From a virus (lineage: Duplodnaviria > Caudoviricetes), in IMG/VR virus record IMGVR_UViG_3300037408_000637, positions 1 to 58,417 of that record: DNA of 58,417 nucleotides; one strand, 5' to 3'. Below the pieces are notes generated by a model. The model was not told the origin of the DNA and made no database searches. It saw nothing but the letters and a program-made list of their open reading frames with translations. Shown one piece after another: positions 47,902 through 57,973 of this stretch. The translations under genes were made by a program, and so were the position numbers. Every line of letters begins with the position of its first letter. Position 1 is the stretch's first letter.

Positions 47902-48317
47902 GGGCCGCTATTCACCGGGTAATGGCAGATCGGACACAGCCCCTCCCGCTCCAGTCGCAACCATTCCCGCAACTTATCCATCGCCCGCTTTCGATTCTCA
48001 TGAAACGACACGCGCTCACTGCTCTCCACCACGACCCGCGACGGCAGATGCAGGATGCGCACGGCATTGTCTGGATCGGCCACGCTGTCCGTCGACCGCC
48101 ACCGTTCGATGCGCAGGTCTTCAACCCGAATCCCCTCCTCGTCCTGGAGATCCCGCTTCGCCAGGTACACGCGCACCAGGGCATGCAACACCGCCTCGAT
48201 CTTCTGCCGTGCCCAGCGCTGTGCGCTCTCCCGTGACGCCACCGCCGCGTCGCCCAGATCATGCGCTATCGCCCGCTGCTCGTCCTCGGACAGGTCCAGC
48301 GTAAACATCACCTTCAT
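47880..48317 (-). CDS. protein with a degenerate class-1 release factor (RF-1) domain lacking GGQ
   Basis: DLRIERWRS...NAVRILHLPSRVVVES.E..S.HENRKRAM..L. Confidence 0.6.
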   Translation of the reverse strand: MKVMFTLDLSEDEQRAIAHDLGDAAVASRESAQRWARQKIEAVLHALVRVYLAKRDLQDEEGIRVEDLRIERWRSTDSVADPDNAVRILHLPSRVVVESSERVSFHENRKRAMDKLREWLRLEREGLCPICHYPVNSGPCQRSHP

Positions 48318-51200
48318 GGCTTCTCCTCCACATGCGCCTGCGCCTTCAACGCATCCTCTAACTCCGCCAACGTGTCCATGTGCATGCCATCCCGTATCGC
48401 CAGGACATCCACATCCCGCCTGACGAACGCCCGTATCGCCTCCTGCATCTCAACTGGCAACTTGGAGACCCGCACATAGGACTCGATCTCCTTCACTATC
48501 GTGACCTGTGTTCCTCCATCCGCTGTCATATCCACCCGCTCCCAGCGCTCCCGTCGTGGATCTTGCCCCATCACAAAGACGCACGTCGGCGGCGTCTCGC
48601 GGCGTTCCACACTGATCACCCCATGTAGGGATTCGATCTTGCGCATCCACTCACCTCGCGCTATCGGGCTCCACGCGAACCTGGGTTCGCCGGTTAAAAG
48701 TCATAGCTGATGTAGTTCCCAGCATGCGCTTTCGGGCGCTCGTCCTCCCAAAGGGATACGGATACGCGACTCCACCACCCCCGCTGCCCCGCGTGACACG
48801 TCCCCGGATCGTCCGTCCCCGGATCGTCCTCCAGCAACTCCGCGTACACCTGCTCTCCCCGACAGAATAGCAACCGCGCCGCCACGAACCGCGCGTGCCC
48901 CGCCCCGGCATGGCGAAACATGGACCCCCGGCGCAGCCAGAACTTCGTCCCAAATCTCATCGGATCGCCCCATAGCCCAGGCGGATCGCGAACGCATCGC
49001 CCCGCTGTGCCCGCTCCCGCATCCACCGCTCGTAGGCCACGTCCCAGGCCCGCCCGATCTCGCTGTCCGCCCGCCAGATCGACTGCGCGGTGCCCGCCGC
49101 CAACAGCGCCTGCCGCCAGATGGCCTCTAGGCTCCCCTCAATCATCGTCGTTCTCCTATCTGTACCAAGGGCACCAGCTCCAAGGCGTCCAAGTCCGAGA
49201 TGCACAGGTCCAAGGCGTCCAGGTCCAAGGGACCGGGAGCGCGCAAGACAAAATGCAAATCCGGGGCCTCCTGCGCGATCATCGCCATGACCCGATCCCG
49301 CTCATTCCTCGTGTTAGGAAAGGGCACAAACTCTTGGGCCTTGTCGTGAGCCCGCTTCGCCTGTTGCACGAGTTCAGCCAACGGAATCAACGGCATGGCT
49401 TTCTCCTTGATAGTATCCGCTTTCCTTCAGGAATCTCACGAAGCCCTCGTATACCTCTCGATCCTGCGTGACCTCCCGCCCATACACGAAGAACTTGCCA
49501 TCCGCGCAAATCCGCATTGCCTCTTGGCTTGATTCCCCAACGCAAAACGTAATGGAACGGTCCAGTTTGTCTTGACTCATGATTTCCTCCTCCTGCCATT
49601 GGCCCTGTACGACTTCATCATACCCTCCGCGCGAACGTCGGCGTGAACTTGTCACACCCCGTCGCCCGCACCTCATCCCTCGCCACGAACCGCGCCTCCC
49701 GCTGCATGCCCCCGGCCTCATCCACCCAGAACGGCACGTCCGCCGTACACTCGCCACCCACCGGATTCGCCGCCACCTGCCAGTGCCCGCACGCCCCGCA
49801 CCGCCGCGCCCACGGGATACTCTCGCTCATGGCGTGCCCTCGGCAATCTCCCCAATGGGCTGCCCCTTGCAGGTGACGACCTCCCGATCCGGCACCCCCA
49901 ACGCCCCCCGGGTCATCTCCACGTCGAACCAGGCGCACCACTCCCCGCAGTAGTCCACATCCACAGGGGAGTTGGACAAGGGGCAACTCAACCGCTTCCA
50001 TACCTTCTTCCTGTCCACGGTCATCTCGGCCTCGACGCAGGTCACCGCCATGTCCGATACCCACACCCGTCGCAACTTCTTCATGGTTCCTCCATCTCAT
50101 CATCCGGCGGACAGATGCAGTACGAGTCCCGGAACACCCCGACCGGCCACCGATCCCGACACGCAGGACACTGACGCTCTTTCGGCCAGCCCACCTTGCA
50201 GAAACACGTCGGCGACCCCTTGTTGCAATAGGCCCCCGACGCCAAGACCCCTTCATCAACCTTGTCGTTGTCCATGCCTCACCGGCCCATCTCGACACAC
50301 GACCGCGTCTCCCAACTATCCTCACCTGGCTCGCCCGTGGGCGCGTCCATATGATCGGACCCCGGATCGATGCCCCGTCTGAACCCTTCCCGCTTCACAT
50401 AGAAGTCCACCTCAAGCGCCTTCGCCGCTGCCTTCACGAAACACGGCTTGCAGTAGTAGGTGGACCCCGTCATGCCGCCCAGCAACCCGCCACTGATCCC
50501 CTCCAGCAGACCGCCCCACAACCGCGCGAAAGTCTTGCCACTCGCGTCATGCAGGGTGCCGCACACGATGCACTTCACCGACTGGATGATCCCGTCCACC
50601 TCGCCCGCCTTCTCGTTCAACTCGCTCATGTCTTCCCTCCGTATGGTATTCCGCACCCGATACCGCCGCCCCGCCTGCCCGCATCGCCGGGCCTCGCAGG
50701 CCCGACACAACGCCCGCGCCGTCCCCGGCACCCGCACCGTGATCGTGTCGCCACTCTCGGGGTGCAGCCCCCGCAGCTCGCTGACCTCGCACGTCACCAC
50801 GTCCGCCGGGGCGCCGCAGTCCTCGCACGCCTCATTCTCCGCCATGGCCGTCACCTCCCGCCGCGCACGCCATCATCTCAGCGATCACCTCTTTGTCGAT
50901 CTCCCGCGCTATCCGTTCAGTGAGGCCCACGTACTTGCTCGCCTCCAACCTTTCCTCGACCGGGTAGGCCATCTGCACGAGCGCCTCCACGATGGCCTCG
51001 TTCGTCATCCCCGCAGGCGGCCCATGCCCCGTGGCCCGCTCGTACAGGTAGCTGGCCCGGCCCTGCCGCAACCACGGCGGCGCGGGATTCGTGAACCGCC
51101 CTGCCCCGGTGTGCATGTTGATCTCCTGCCGCAACTGCTCCCGGTAGCACCGCGCCCCAAACAGCGCGTCCGATTCACCCGCTCGTCGTTTCACTGGCAT
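48314..51200 (-). other. cluster of small hypothetical genes (48314-48646, 48694-48960, 49142-49396, 49374-49580, 49618-49830, 49827-50084, 50081-50275, 50279-50854, 50832-51200)
   Basis: Tiling ORFs, many Cys-rich. Confidence 0.55.
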
Positions 51201-51211
51201 GCCGCACCCCT

Positions 51212-51388
51212 CTAGTCGATCTCCAGCCCGTTGTTCGGATCGGGATCGGGCACATACTCCGGGCGCGTCCCTCGGCAGTCCGGGTACTGCACGCACCCCC
51301 AGAAGACATGCTGATCCCGGTTTCGCGTCCGCAGCACCATGTTCTTGCCGCACAACGGACACGCGGGACGATCCTGGAGACTATTCAT
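51212..51388 (-). CDS. stand-alone topoisomerase-type C4 zinc ribbon
   Basis: CPLCGKNMVLR...FWGCVQYPDCRGT. Confidence 0.75.
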   Translation of the reverse strand: MNSLQDRPACPLCGKNMVLRTRNRDQHVFWGCVQYPDCRGTRPEYVPDPDPNNGLEID

Positions 51389-53699
51389 GGTCACCTCCCT
51401 GGTCACGCGGCTCCTCACGCGCCGCCAACCGATCAAGGTCGCGATGCGCGGCCCAGCCCACATGCCCGCAGTCCTGGCACCGATACTCCCGCGCCACCGC
51501 CGAGCTGCGATGTCCACCCGTCCGCCGACGCTTCCGCGTCCGTCCCGTCAACGTCACCTGGTTCGCCATGCCCGTGTTCGCCTGCGACAGATCCGCTGAC
51601 CGAAAGCGCCGAGCATGGCGATGCCGACAGGCCGAGCACCGAAACACGATGGGCGTGGCCCCCATCAGGACGCCTCCAGACACGAGGCAAACCCCTGCCA
51701 ATCCACCCCGCTAAACAGCTCCATGGTCAGCCGCATGATCCGCAAGCGTACCGGGCCCACGCCCGTGACGGCCCCCATGCGCCCCGAGGCCCGCCGTAGC
51801 GCGTTCTCCACGGGTTCATACGCGGGCCGCTTCGACAGCTCCTCCCAGGCCAAATCCAAGTACGCCTGCCAGGCGTAGTGCATCTCCCATAAACTGATGA
51901 GATCCCACGCCAACTTCGTCGCATTACTATCGCACTCTTTCAACAACGCCGCGTGCAGCACCTCGCCCAATGTCTCTCGCGTCACCATGCTCGCCTCCTC
52001 AGATGCCCGCGCCGTCTTCCTGCGCCCGCCGCCGGGCCACGTCCCGCGCCCGGTTCCGCTCGCAGGGGCGACACCGCCACCGCCCGTCCATCTCCGGCGC
52101 GTCCGGGTATCGCCCATGCCAGGCGTCGATGTCCGCCAGCACGGACGGGACCACCCGCTGCATGCCGCACCGGCTCAGCGCCGCCCAGAACCCCGTGCCG
52201 TCCGAGCGTTCCACGTACTCGTGCCAGTGCGCGGGCCGGTCGCCCCGCACGCCGTACCAGCGGCCCTTCATTCCTGCTCCTCCATCATTCGACAAAACCT
52301 GATCGCTAGGTTCCATCCCTCCTCAGTCGGACGGAACCGGGCAAGCGGAGTCTGCGAGCCGGGCCGATCTGTGAAATGCGGGTCCAGCCGATCTGCCTTC
52401 CTGATCTCGTCGTATGTGACCCCGACATAGACCAGGATCTTGCTGCCCTCGAAGTTCGTGCAATTCGGATACTGCACCAACAGGACCAGGCAGTGCCTTC
52501 CGATCTCCGCATGCTGCCGAATAAAAAAACGCTGCGGATCAGGATTAGGCCATGCGCCGTCCGCACCGTCGACGCATGAACGCAAACTACTCGGAGGCAT
52601 TCCCATCTTTTGCTCCCTCTTTCCGCTGGTCCAGCGCACACAGCGGGTCCGGCGGGTCGCTGACCAACGAGGTCTCCCAGTAGGTCACCTGCCCCTTGAC
52701 CAACTCCTGGACCCGCTCCACGAGGCCGCGATTCGGCTCGTAGGGCGGATTGCCCAAGACCTCCCAGATCCGCGCGCAACAGCAATCCCTACAGTGGGTC
52801 TCCTCGCCTCCTCGCAACGCCCTGTCATCCCCAAAGACCGTGTCCAGCGCAGGTTCCTCCGGGTTCATGCCGCGCACATAGGTTTCGAGCCGCTGTAAGG
52901 TTCCCCCGTCGATGGGCAACCTGTGCCGATAGGCCATCATGCACGCCACAACATCCGCCCGCGCCTCGTTCCGCTCCGCCTTCATCTTCACGAGCGCGTC
53001 CTGCGCCTCCCGCCACTTGGCCTGCCACCGCTGGTCCAAGTCCTGCGTCCGCTGGATCTGCTCCTCGTACCGCTCCCGCCAGGCCCGCGCCGCCTCGTGC
53101 TCCGCATCCCGCTGCGTAATCAACTGCGCCAACGTCGCCGCCTGGACGCGATCTGCGTGCGCCGTGCGAGCCGCCAACACCGCCTCGTCCCAGCCGCTCT
53201 CCCACGCAATCGTGGCCAAGACCCGCGCGAATTCCTCATCGCTATCGTCACGATGGCCCCACCGACTTGTATTGCCCGGATCGATCCGATCCAGGCACTG
53301 TTTCTTCACCGCCCCATGCCGCGCCTCCGCTGCCTCATGATCGCTCGCGAACTCTATCGGAAAGTCCATGCTTGCCTCCTATTTCTCGCCCCGGCGCTTG
53401 CCCAGCCGATCATGCGGCAACTCCCGGCCCAGCGCCCTCGCCGCCGCCTGGAGCGGATCAAACTCGTGCATGTTGGCTGACCGCTCCCACAGGTCCAGCA
53501 GCCGCGCATAGATCACGTCGTCCGCTTCCTCGACGGGCTCCACCGTGACGCGCCAGCGCCACACATGGACCTGCCCGTTGAACACGTCATAGGCTTCCTG
53601 CTCCAACCCGCGCAACAGGAAGTAGCCGGGCTGCCGGAAGGTCTCGAACACCAGACGCTTCGGCTCCTGTGGCTGCCCCTGTCGCTTACCGCGTGCCAT
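51381..53699 (-). other. small/medium hypothetical genes (approx. 51381-51665, 51665-51988, 51999-52271, 52268-52606, 52587-53369, 53379-53699)
   Basis: Tiling ORFs with RBS; some starts uncertain. Confidence 0.55.
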
Positions 53700-53708
53700 G
53701 CTGCCTCC

Positions 53709-54359
53709 TCATCCGTTCGCTTGACGCACACGCTTCCAAAACGCCATCTGCCGCGCTGCCTTCCGATCCTCCCGATTCACCTTCCGTACAGACTCCTCCC
53801 GCCAGCACCGCTGCCAGTCCGCCCGACGCGCGTAGCGCCGCTTCAACGTCGTCATGCTCGCCTGGTTGTCCGCGCAGATGTGCAGCCAGATGTCATGCCA
53901 GACGACGCTGTAGCGTACCCCCCGTGGGGGGCGCCACGTCAGGGCGTCCGCCTGCACGATCTCCAGCCGGTCGCCCCAGCGCTCCCGCAACGTCGGCCCC
54001 ACCAGCGCGATCACGTCCGGCTCCCGCTCGATCACCGTCACCCGCGTCACGGATTGGATCGCCAACAGCGCCTCCGTGACCAGGCCAAGCCCGAGACCAG
54101 TCACCAGGCAATGCCCGCCAACCGCCCCCGCCTGCCGAATGGGCGCGGAGTTGTCACTCAATTCGCTCGGCGTATCGCTCATCCAGATCCCGCCAGGCCC
54201 GACCAGCCGGACATACGTCCCCGGACGCACCGGCAACTGCCGCACTCTGGAGAACGCACTCCGCATGTTCTCGATCCGAGCTTCGTCCTCGCTCACGACG
54301 CAACGCTCGACGCGCCACGCGCCCGACTGCCCGTCAGGAATCGTACACGGTAGAAACAT
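53709..54359 (-). CDS. class I SAM-dependent transferase, spermidine-synthase-like
   Basis: WMSDTPSE, CLVTGLGLG, VTVIEREPDVI, IVQADA, WHDIW; promoter TTGACA-N17-TAAAAA at 54402-54430. Confidence 0.75.
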   Translation of the reverse strand: MFLPCTIPDGQSGAWRVERCVVSEDEARIENMRSAFSRVRQLPVRPGTYVRLVGPGGIWMSDTPSELSDNSAPIRQAGAVGGHCLVTGLGLGLVTEALLAIQSVTRVTVIEREPDVIALVGPTLRERWGDRLEIVQADALTWRPPRGVRYSVVWHDIWLHICADNQASMTTLKRRYARRADWQRCWREESVRKVNREDRKAARQMAFWKRVRQANG

Positions 54360-54433
54360 GCTGCAACTCCTTCCCTGGCATCGCGCCAGGCATCAACCCT
54401 ATTTTTAACGGCCTGCTACCCGTTTGTCAACAA

Positions 54434-54882
54434 TTATCTGTCGCCATCCTGCGCCTCCAAGGTCAAGCGCGCCATGAGGCACCCCCACTGGATGTCGATC
54501 TCCGTGCCGACCCGCAGCGCCATGTCGAGGCCCTTCATGCGCATCTCCGCGACCTTGTGCGCCGTGCTCAGCGCGACGGCAGGCGCATCGGCCGGGGACA
54601 CCCGCGCCTCCTGCGCCTGACTCTGCGCCTGCACCTCCGCAATGACGTGGCCCAGCTCCCGCAGCACCTCCGCATACGCCTCCTGCGCCTGGGGCGTCTT
54701 GAACCTCATTGCCCGTCTCCCGGAATCCGCGACCGCAACCACGAGAGGTCGTCCCGCAGCTTCCGGTTCTCCCGCTTCAGCCGCTCGTTCTCCAGCCGCA
54801 CGGCGTCCAGATCCTGCTCGATCTTGGCAAACCGCGCCTCGCGACAATCGCACGCATGGTGATGAGTCTCACACGTCGTCAT
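54434..54882 (-). other. two small hypothetical genes (54434-54709, 54706-54882)
   Basis: Coupled ORFs; the second has HHACDCRE and a coiled coil. Confidence 0.55.
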
Positions 54883-55244
54883 TCCGCACCTCCTATCATC
54901 TGCCGGAACACTCGCAAAGGGACCATGATCCACTCCCGCTCACCATGCGCGTCATCGGGACCGCCCGCAATCTCAATGGCCAGCGCTGGCTCCTTGCTCG
55001 CCGCCGCCGCCTCCCGCGCGATCTTATCCAGCCACGCCTTCTTCACGCCCAGGCTGGCATGCACGGTGCGCTTGCACTCGATCAAAAAATGGTCTGAGGA
55101 AACGTCCCCCTTGGCATACATCGACGCGCCGCTGCCCCGCTGCCGGTGCCCACGGACCACTCGCGCCACACGCTCCTCCTGCTCGGTTGGCGTGCGCCCG
55201 CCCTGCTCAAAGACCCGTGGTCGAATCCGCGCCATCGGCACCAC
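54879..55244 (-). CDS. PD-(D/E)xK Holliday-junction-resolvase-like nuclease
   Basis: E..VAR...GSGA...KGDV...LIECK. Confidence 0.7.
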   Translation of the reverse strand: MVPMARIRPRVFEQGGRTPTEQEERVARVVRGHRQRGSGASMYAKGDVSSDHFLIECKRTVHASLGVKKAWLDKIAREAAAASKEPALAIEIAGGPDDAHGEREWIMVPLRVFRQMIGGAE

Positions 55245-55505
55245 CTACTTCCCCTTGTTCACGCAATCCGTGGCCAACTTCGACAGATAGGTCGCCACCA
55301 TCGCAGGCATCGTCCCATCGGACAAAATCGCCCCCATGTCCATCAGCCCGCGTGACAGATCCCGCACGCGCCGCTGTGGTATGTCGACCATGCGAGCCCA
55401 GACCCGCAGATCCAAGTCGCCCGCGTCATCCCGTGGCACCCGAGGCAGCACCGAAAGCAACTTGATGTGCTCATGATGCAGCGCGAGAATCCCGAAGTCG
55501 GACAT
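55245..55505 (-). CDS. small winged-HTH-like hypothetical protein
   Basis: Start re-called to MSDFGIL. Confidence 0.5.
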   Translation of the reverse strand: MSDFGILALHHEHIKLLSVLPRVPRDDAGDLDLRVWARMVDIPQRRVRDLSRGLMDMGAILSDGTMPAMVATYLSKLATDCVNKGK

Positions 55506-55555
55506 GGCGCCATCCCCCACGGACGGATCCGGCGCGGACGCGAACCCAGGTTCGC

Positions 55556-56803
55556 CTACGCCCGCGCAATCATCCGCTTCACCAGGACCGCCCGCAGGGC
55601 GTCCCGCACCGCTGGCTCCCGAATCCGATCTATCGCCTCCACCTTCGTCCGGTATGTTTCGTCGCCGAGTTGCCATTCCTTGCCCTCTTTCCGAAACAGG
55701 CCAAACTTCTCCGCCTGCGCCACCATGTAGTCGATGTCCAAGACCTGGGCCGCCTCGTCCCCAAACACCCCCATGCGGAACCCGCCCTGCCCCATGGCCG
55801 GGCCGGTCTTGTTCTTTACGACCTTGTAGTTCATGTGGACCTCGGACCCGATCTCCGTCTGCCACTCCTTCTTCAGATCCTCGTCCAGCTTGTCCTTCTC
55901 CCACTTGCTCGCCCACATCTTCACGATCACGCTGGCCGCGAATCGCTGGGCCTTGCCGCAGGGGAGCACGGTCGGATCACCAAAGGAAACCCCGATCTTC
56001 TCGCGCTCCTGGTTGATCCAGATGTCCGTGATCGGGCGATTGAAGTCGGACCGCACCGCATGGCGTGACGCGCCCGTCTTGCGCGCGAACTTGTTGATGA
56101 GCCGCGCGGCCAACCCCTGCTGCCATTCTTTGGCACTGGCCGTGATCTCATCACTCGGCGTCATGGCCGCGATGCTGTCCAGCACGATGAAGTCCACCGC
56201 GCCCGTGCGCACCAGCGCGTCATGCAGGTCGATGCCCTCTTCCGCCGTCTGCGGATTGGCCAGCAGCACCAGGTCGGGATTGCAGCCCAGCTTGCGCGCC
56301 CAGACGTTGTCAAACGTGCCCTCCACGTCGATGTAGGCGACGCGCGGCTCCTCGTAGGAGTTCACCGCATACCGCTTCATCCGCGCCTTGAACTCCGGCT
56401 CCGGCTCTCCCTCGAACTTCGTCGGGACATGCAGGCCGAGCTTCACGCAATCGCAGTGCCCCCGCTGGACGACCGACACCTCGCCCGTCTCCGTATCCGT
56501 CTCCTCGTCCAGCTCCAGGCCGCCCTGTACCGGCCGATAGCAGTTGGCGCACACCCGCTGGACGTTCCCGGCGGTACGCACGGCCTGCGTGGTCTTCCCG
56601 CTGCTCTCGCCGCCATGGTAGATGACGATGTGCCCCACCGGGATGCCCCCGCCGAGCACATAGTCGAAGCTCAGACTGCCCGTCGTCACACGCGGACAAT
56701 TCAACGGCTTCATGCGACTGGCGATGTCCATCGTCCGGTCGCCATATTGCTTATTGACCGTGTTGCGCAGGCTGATGAGACTGCGCCCCCGAATGCCGCT
56801 CAT
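55556..56803 (-). CDS. recA: RecA recombinase with a Cys-rich insertion
   Basis: TGSLSFDYVLGGGIPVG, GGESSGKTT, YIDVEG, IVLDSIAAM, INQ.REKIGV.FGDP, VVKNK. Confidence 0.92.
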   Translation of the reverse strand: MSGIRGRSLISLRNTVNKQYGDRTMDIASRMKPLNCPRVTTGSLSFDYVLGGGIPVGHIVIYHGGESSGKTTQAVRTAGNVQRVCANCYRPVQGGLELDEETDTETGEVSVVQRGHCDCVKLGLHVPTKFEGEPEPEFKARMKRYAVNSYEEPRVAYIDVEGTFDNVWARKLGCNPDLVLLANPQTAEEGIDLHDALVRTGAVDFIVLDSIAAMTPSDEITASAKEWQQGLAARLINKFARKTGASRHAVRSDFNRPITDIWINQEREKIGVSFGDPTVLPCGKAQRFAASVIVKMWASKWEKDKLDEDLKKEWQTEIGSEVHMNYKVVKNKTGPAMGQGGFRMGVFGDEAAQVLDIDYMVAQAEKFGLFRKEGKEWQLGDETYRTKVEAIDRIREPAVRDALRAVLVKRMIARA

Positions 56804-57336
56804 GCGTTAGTCCCTCGCAGCCGATCCCGCTCGGCTCCCACCCGCTGGGATAGGTACGCTTCCAGTTCCGCCATCGCCCCCTCCGCCTCTTCCCCGTCCC
56901 CGAGCGGACGCGACAGCCCCAGGTCGACCTTGTAGCTCTCGTACTTGACCCCAGCGTTCAGGGTCATCCCGTACTCCACCCAGATCTCGCGCCGCACCCC
57001 GTCCAGGGGCGGCAAGGCCCCGCTCCCCACGGGCTGCTTGCGCACCAGCGCCTCCTCGCGTCCCAGCACCTCACCCACGAACTGCTGCACGCCCGTAAAG
57101 GCCGCGTCGACCGACGAGAGGTCCGCGATCCGTACTCGGGCGCCGATCAGGATGCGCACGAACTCGAAGTTGCCGAGCGATATCGTGCGCCCCGCCGCGT
57201 AGCTCACGTCGACCATCTGCCCCTCGACCTGATCCACCACGGGCCCATAGGGCCGAATGGCGTTCGTGATCGGCTTCTCGGGCTCTCCCACCACGTTATG
57301 GGTCTGCGTCATGCGTTCGTTACCTTGCGTCTTCAT
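56800..57336 (-). CDS. hypothetical protein with an internal two-domain repeat
   Basis: VSY..GRTISLGNFEFVRI versus VEYGMTLNAGVKYESYKV; promoter TTGACA-N17-TAAACA at 57384-57412. Confidence 0.6.
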   Translation of the reverse strand: MKTQGNERMTQTHNVVGEPEKPITNAIRPYGPVVDQVEGQMVDVSYAAGRTISLGNFEFVRILIGARVRIADLSSVDAAFTGVQQFVGEVLGREEALVRKQPVGSGALPPLDGVRREIWVEYGMTLNAGVKYESYKVDLGLSRPLGDGEEAEGAMAELEAYLSQRVGAERDRLRGTNA

Positions 57337-57386
57337 TGGACACCTCCGATGCGGCATCCGCGCCGCACTTCATTGATTCGTTCTGT

Positions 57387-57950
57387 TTACCGAGCTATGC
57401 CGCGTTTGTCAACGGGAATGGTCACGCCGAGCCCCTCCCACCCCAGGCGAATATCGCGCGTGAAGGAGCTGTCCCCCGCCGACACCCGCCCGCGCTTCCC
57501 AATGGCGATCTTGACCACGATGGTCATGCTCTCGGTGTAGAGCCGGTCCCCGCGTGGCGAACGAAAGGGGGTCGGCGGCAGCAGCCCAATCCGCGTCCAG
57601 TAGTTGATCACGTCCTTGGAGCGGTTCAGCTCCACAGCCATGCGACCCACCGTGTACGCAATGGTGCTAACGCCGTTCACGACCACCTTGAGCGGGGCGC
57701 GCGGCCCGCGCGGATGCGATGGCGGGAGCTTCCCCGCCGCCCGCAACGCGGCCCGCTCGTCCCGACGATTGGTGCGGTAATCGTTGACCCGATCCAGGAT
57801 CGCCTCGCGGTACGCGGGATCTTCACGATAGCGCCGCTTCCGCTCCTGGGAGAGCACCTCCCGCTTATCCCGGTAGTATTGCTTCTGGTACTCGCTCCGA
57901 TCCCGACCTGCGGACGCCTCACGAGTAACCTCGGCTTTGACACGCGACAT
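57387..57950 (-). CDS. MerR-like HTH DNA-binding protein
   Basis: YTVGRMAVELNRSKDVINYWTRIGLLP...GDRLYT; start re-called to MSRVKAE. Confidence 0.7.
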   Translation of the reverse strand: MSRVKAEVTREASAGRDRSEYQKQYYRDKREVLSQERKRRYREDPAYREAILDRVNDYRTNRRDERAALRAAGKLPPSHPRGPRAPLKVVVNGVSTIAYTVGRMAVELNRSKDVINYWTRIGLLPPTPFRSPRGDRLYTESMTIVVKIAIGKRGRVSAGDSSFTRDIRLGWEGLGVTIPVDKRGIAR

Positions 57951-57973
57951 GACAAACACCTCCTGCACGTACA

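Larger units (their letters stand above)
4995..55554. repeat. dispersed palindrome CGAACCYRGGTTCG, 11 copies
   Basis: 14-bp cores start at 4995, 5166, 11797, 15996, 18364, 25643, 27533, 35910, 45153, 48676, 55541; often extended to ACGCGAACC..GGTTCGCGT. Confidence 0.9.

Noticed and set aside
49170-49231. Short repeats (TCCAAGG/TCCAGG; LDLDALDL...LDLDALEL)
   Set aside because: Coding-level Leu/Asp repeat within a small ORF; no sign of a separate element
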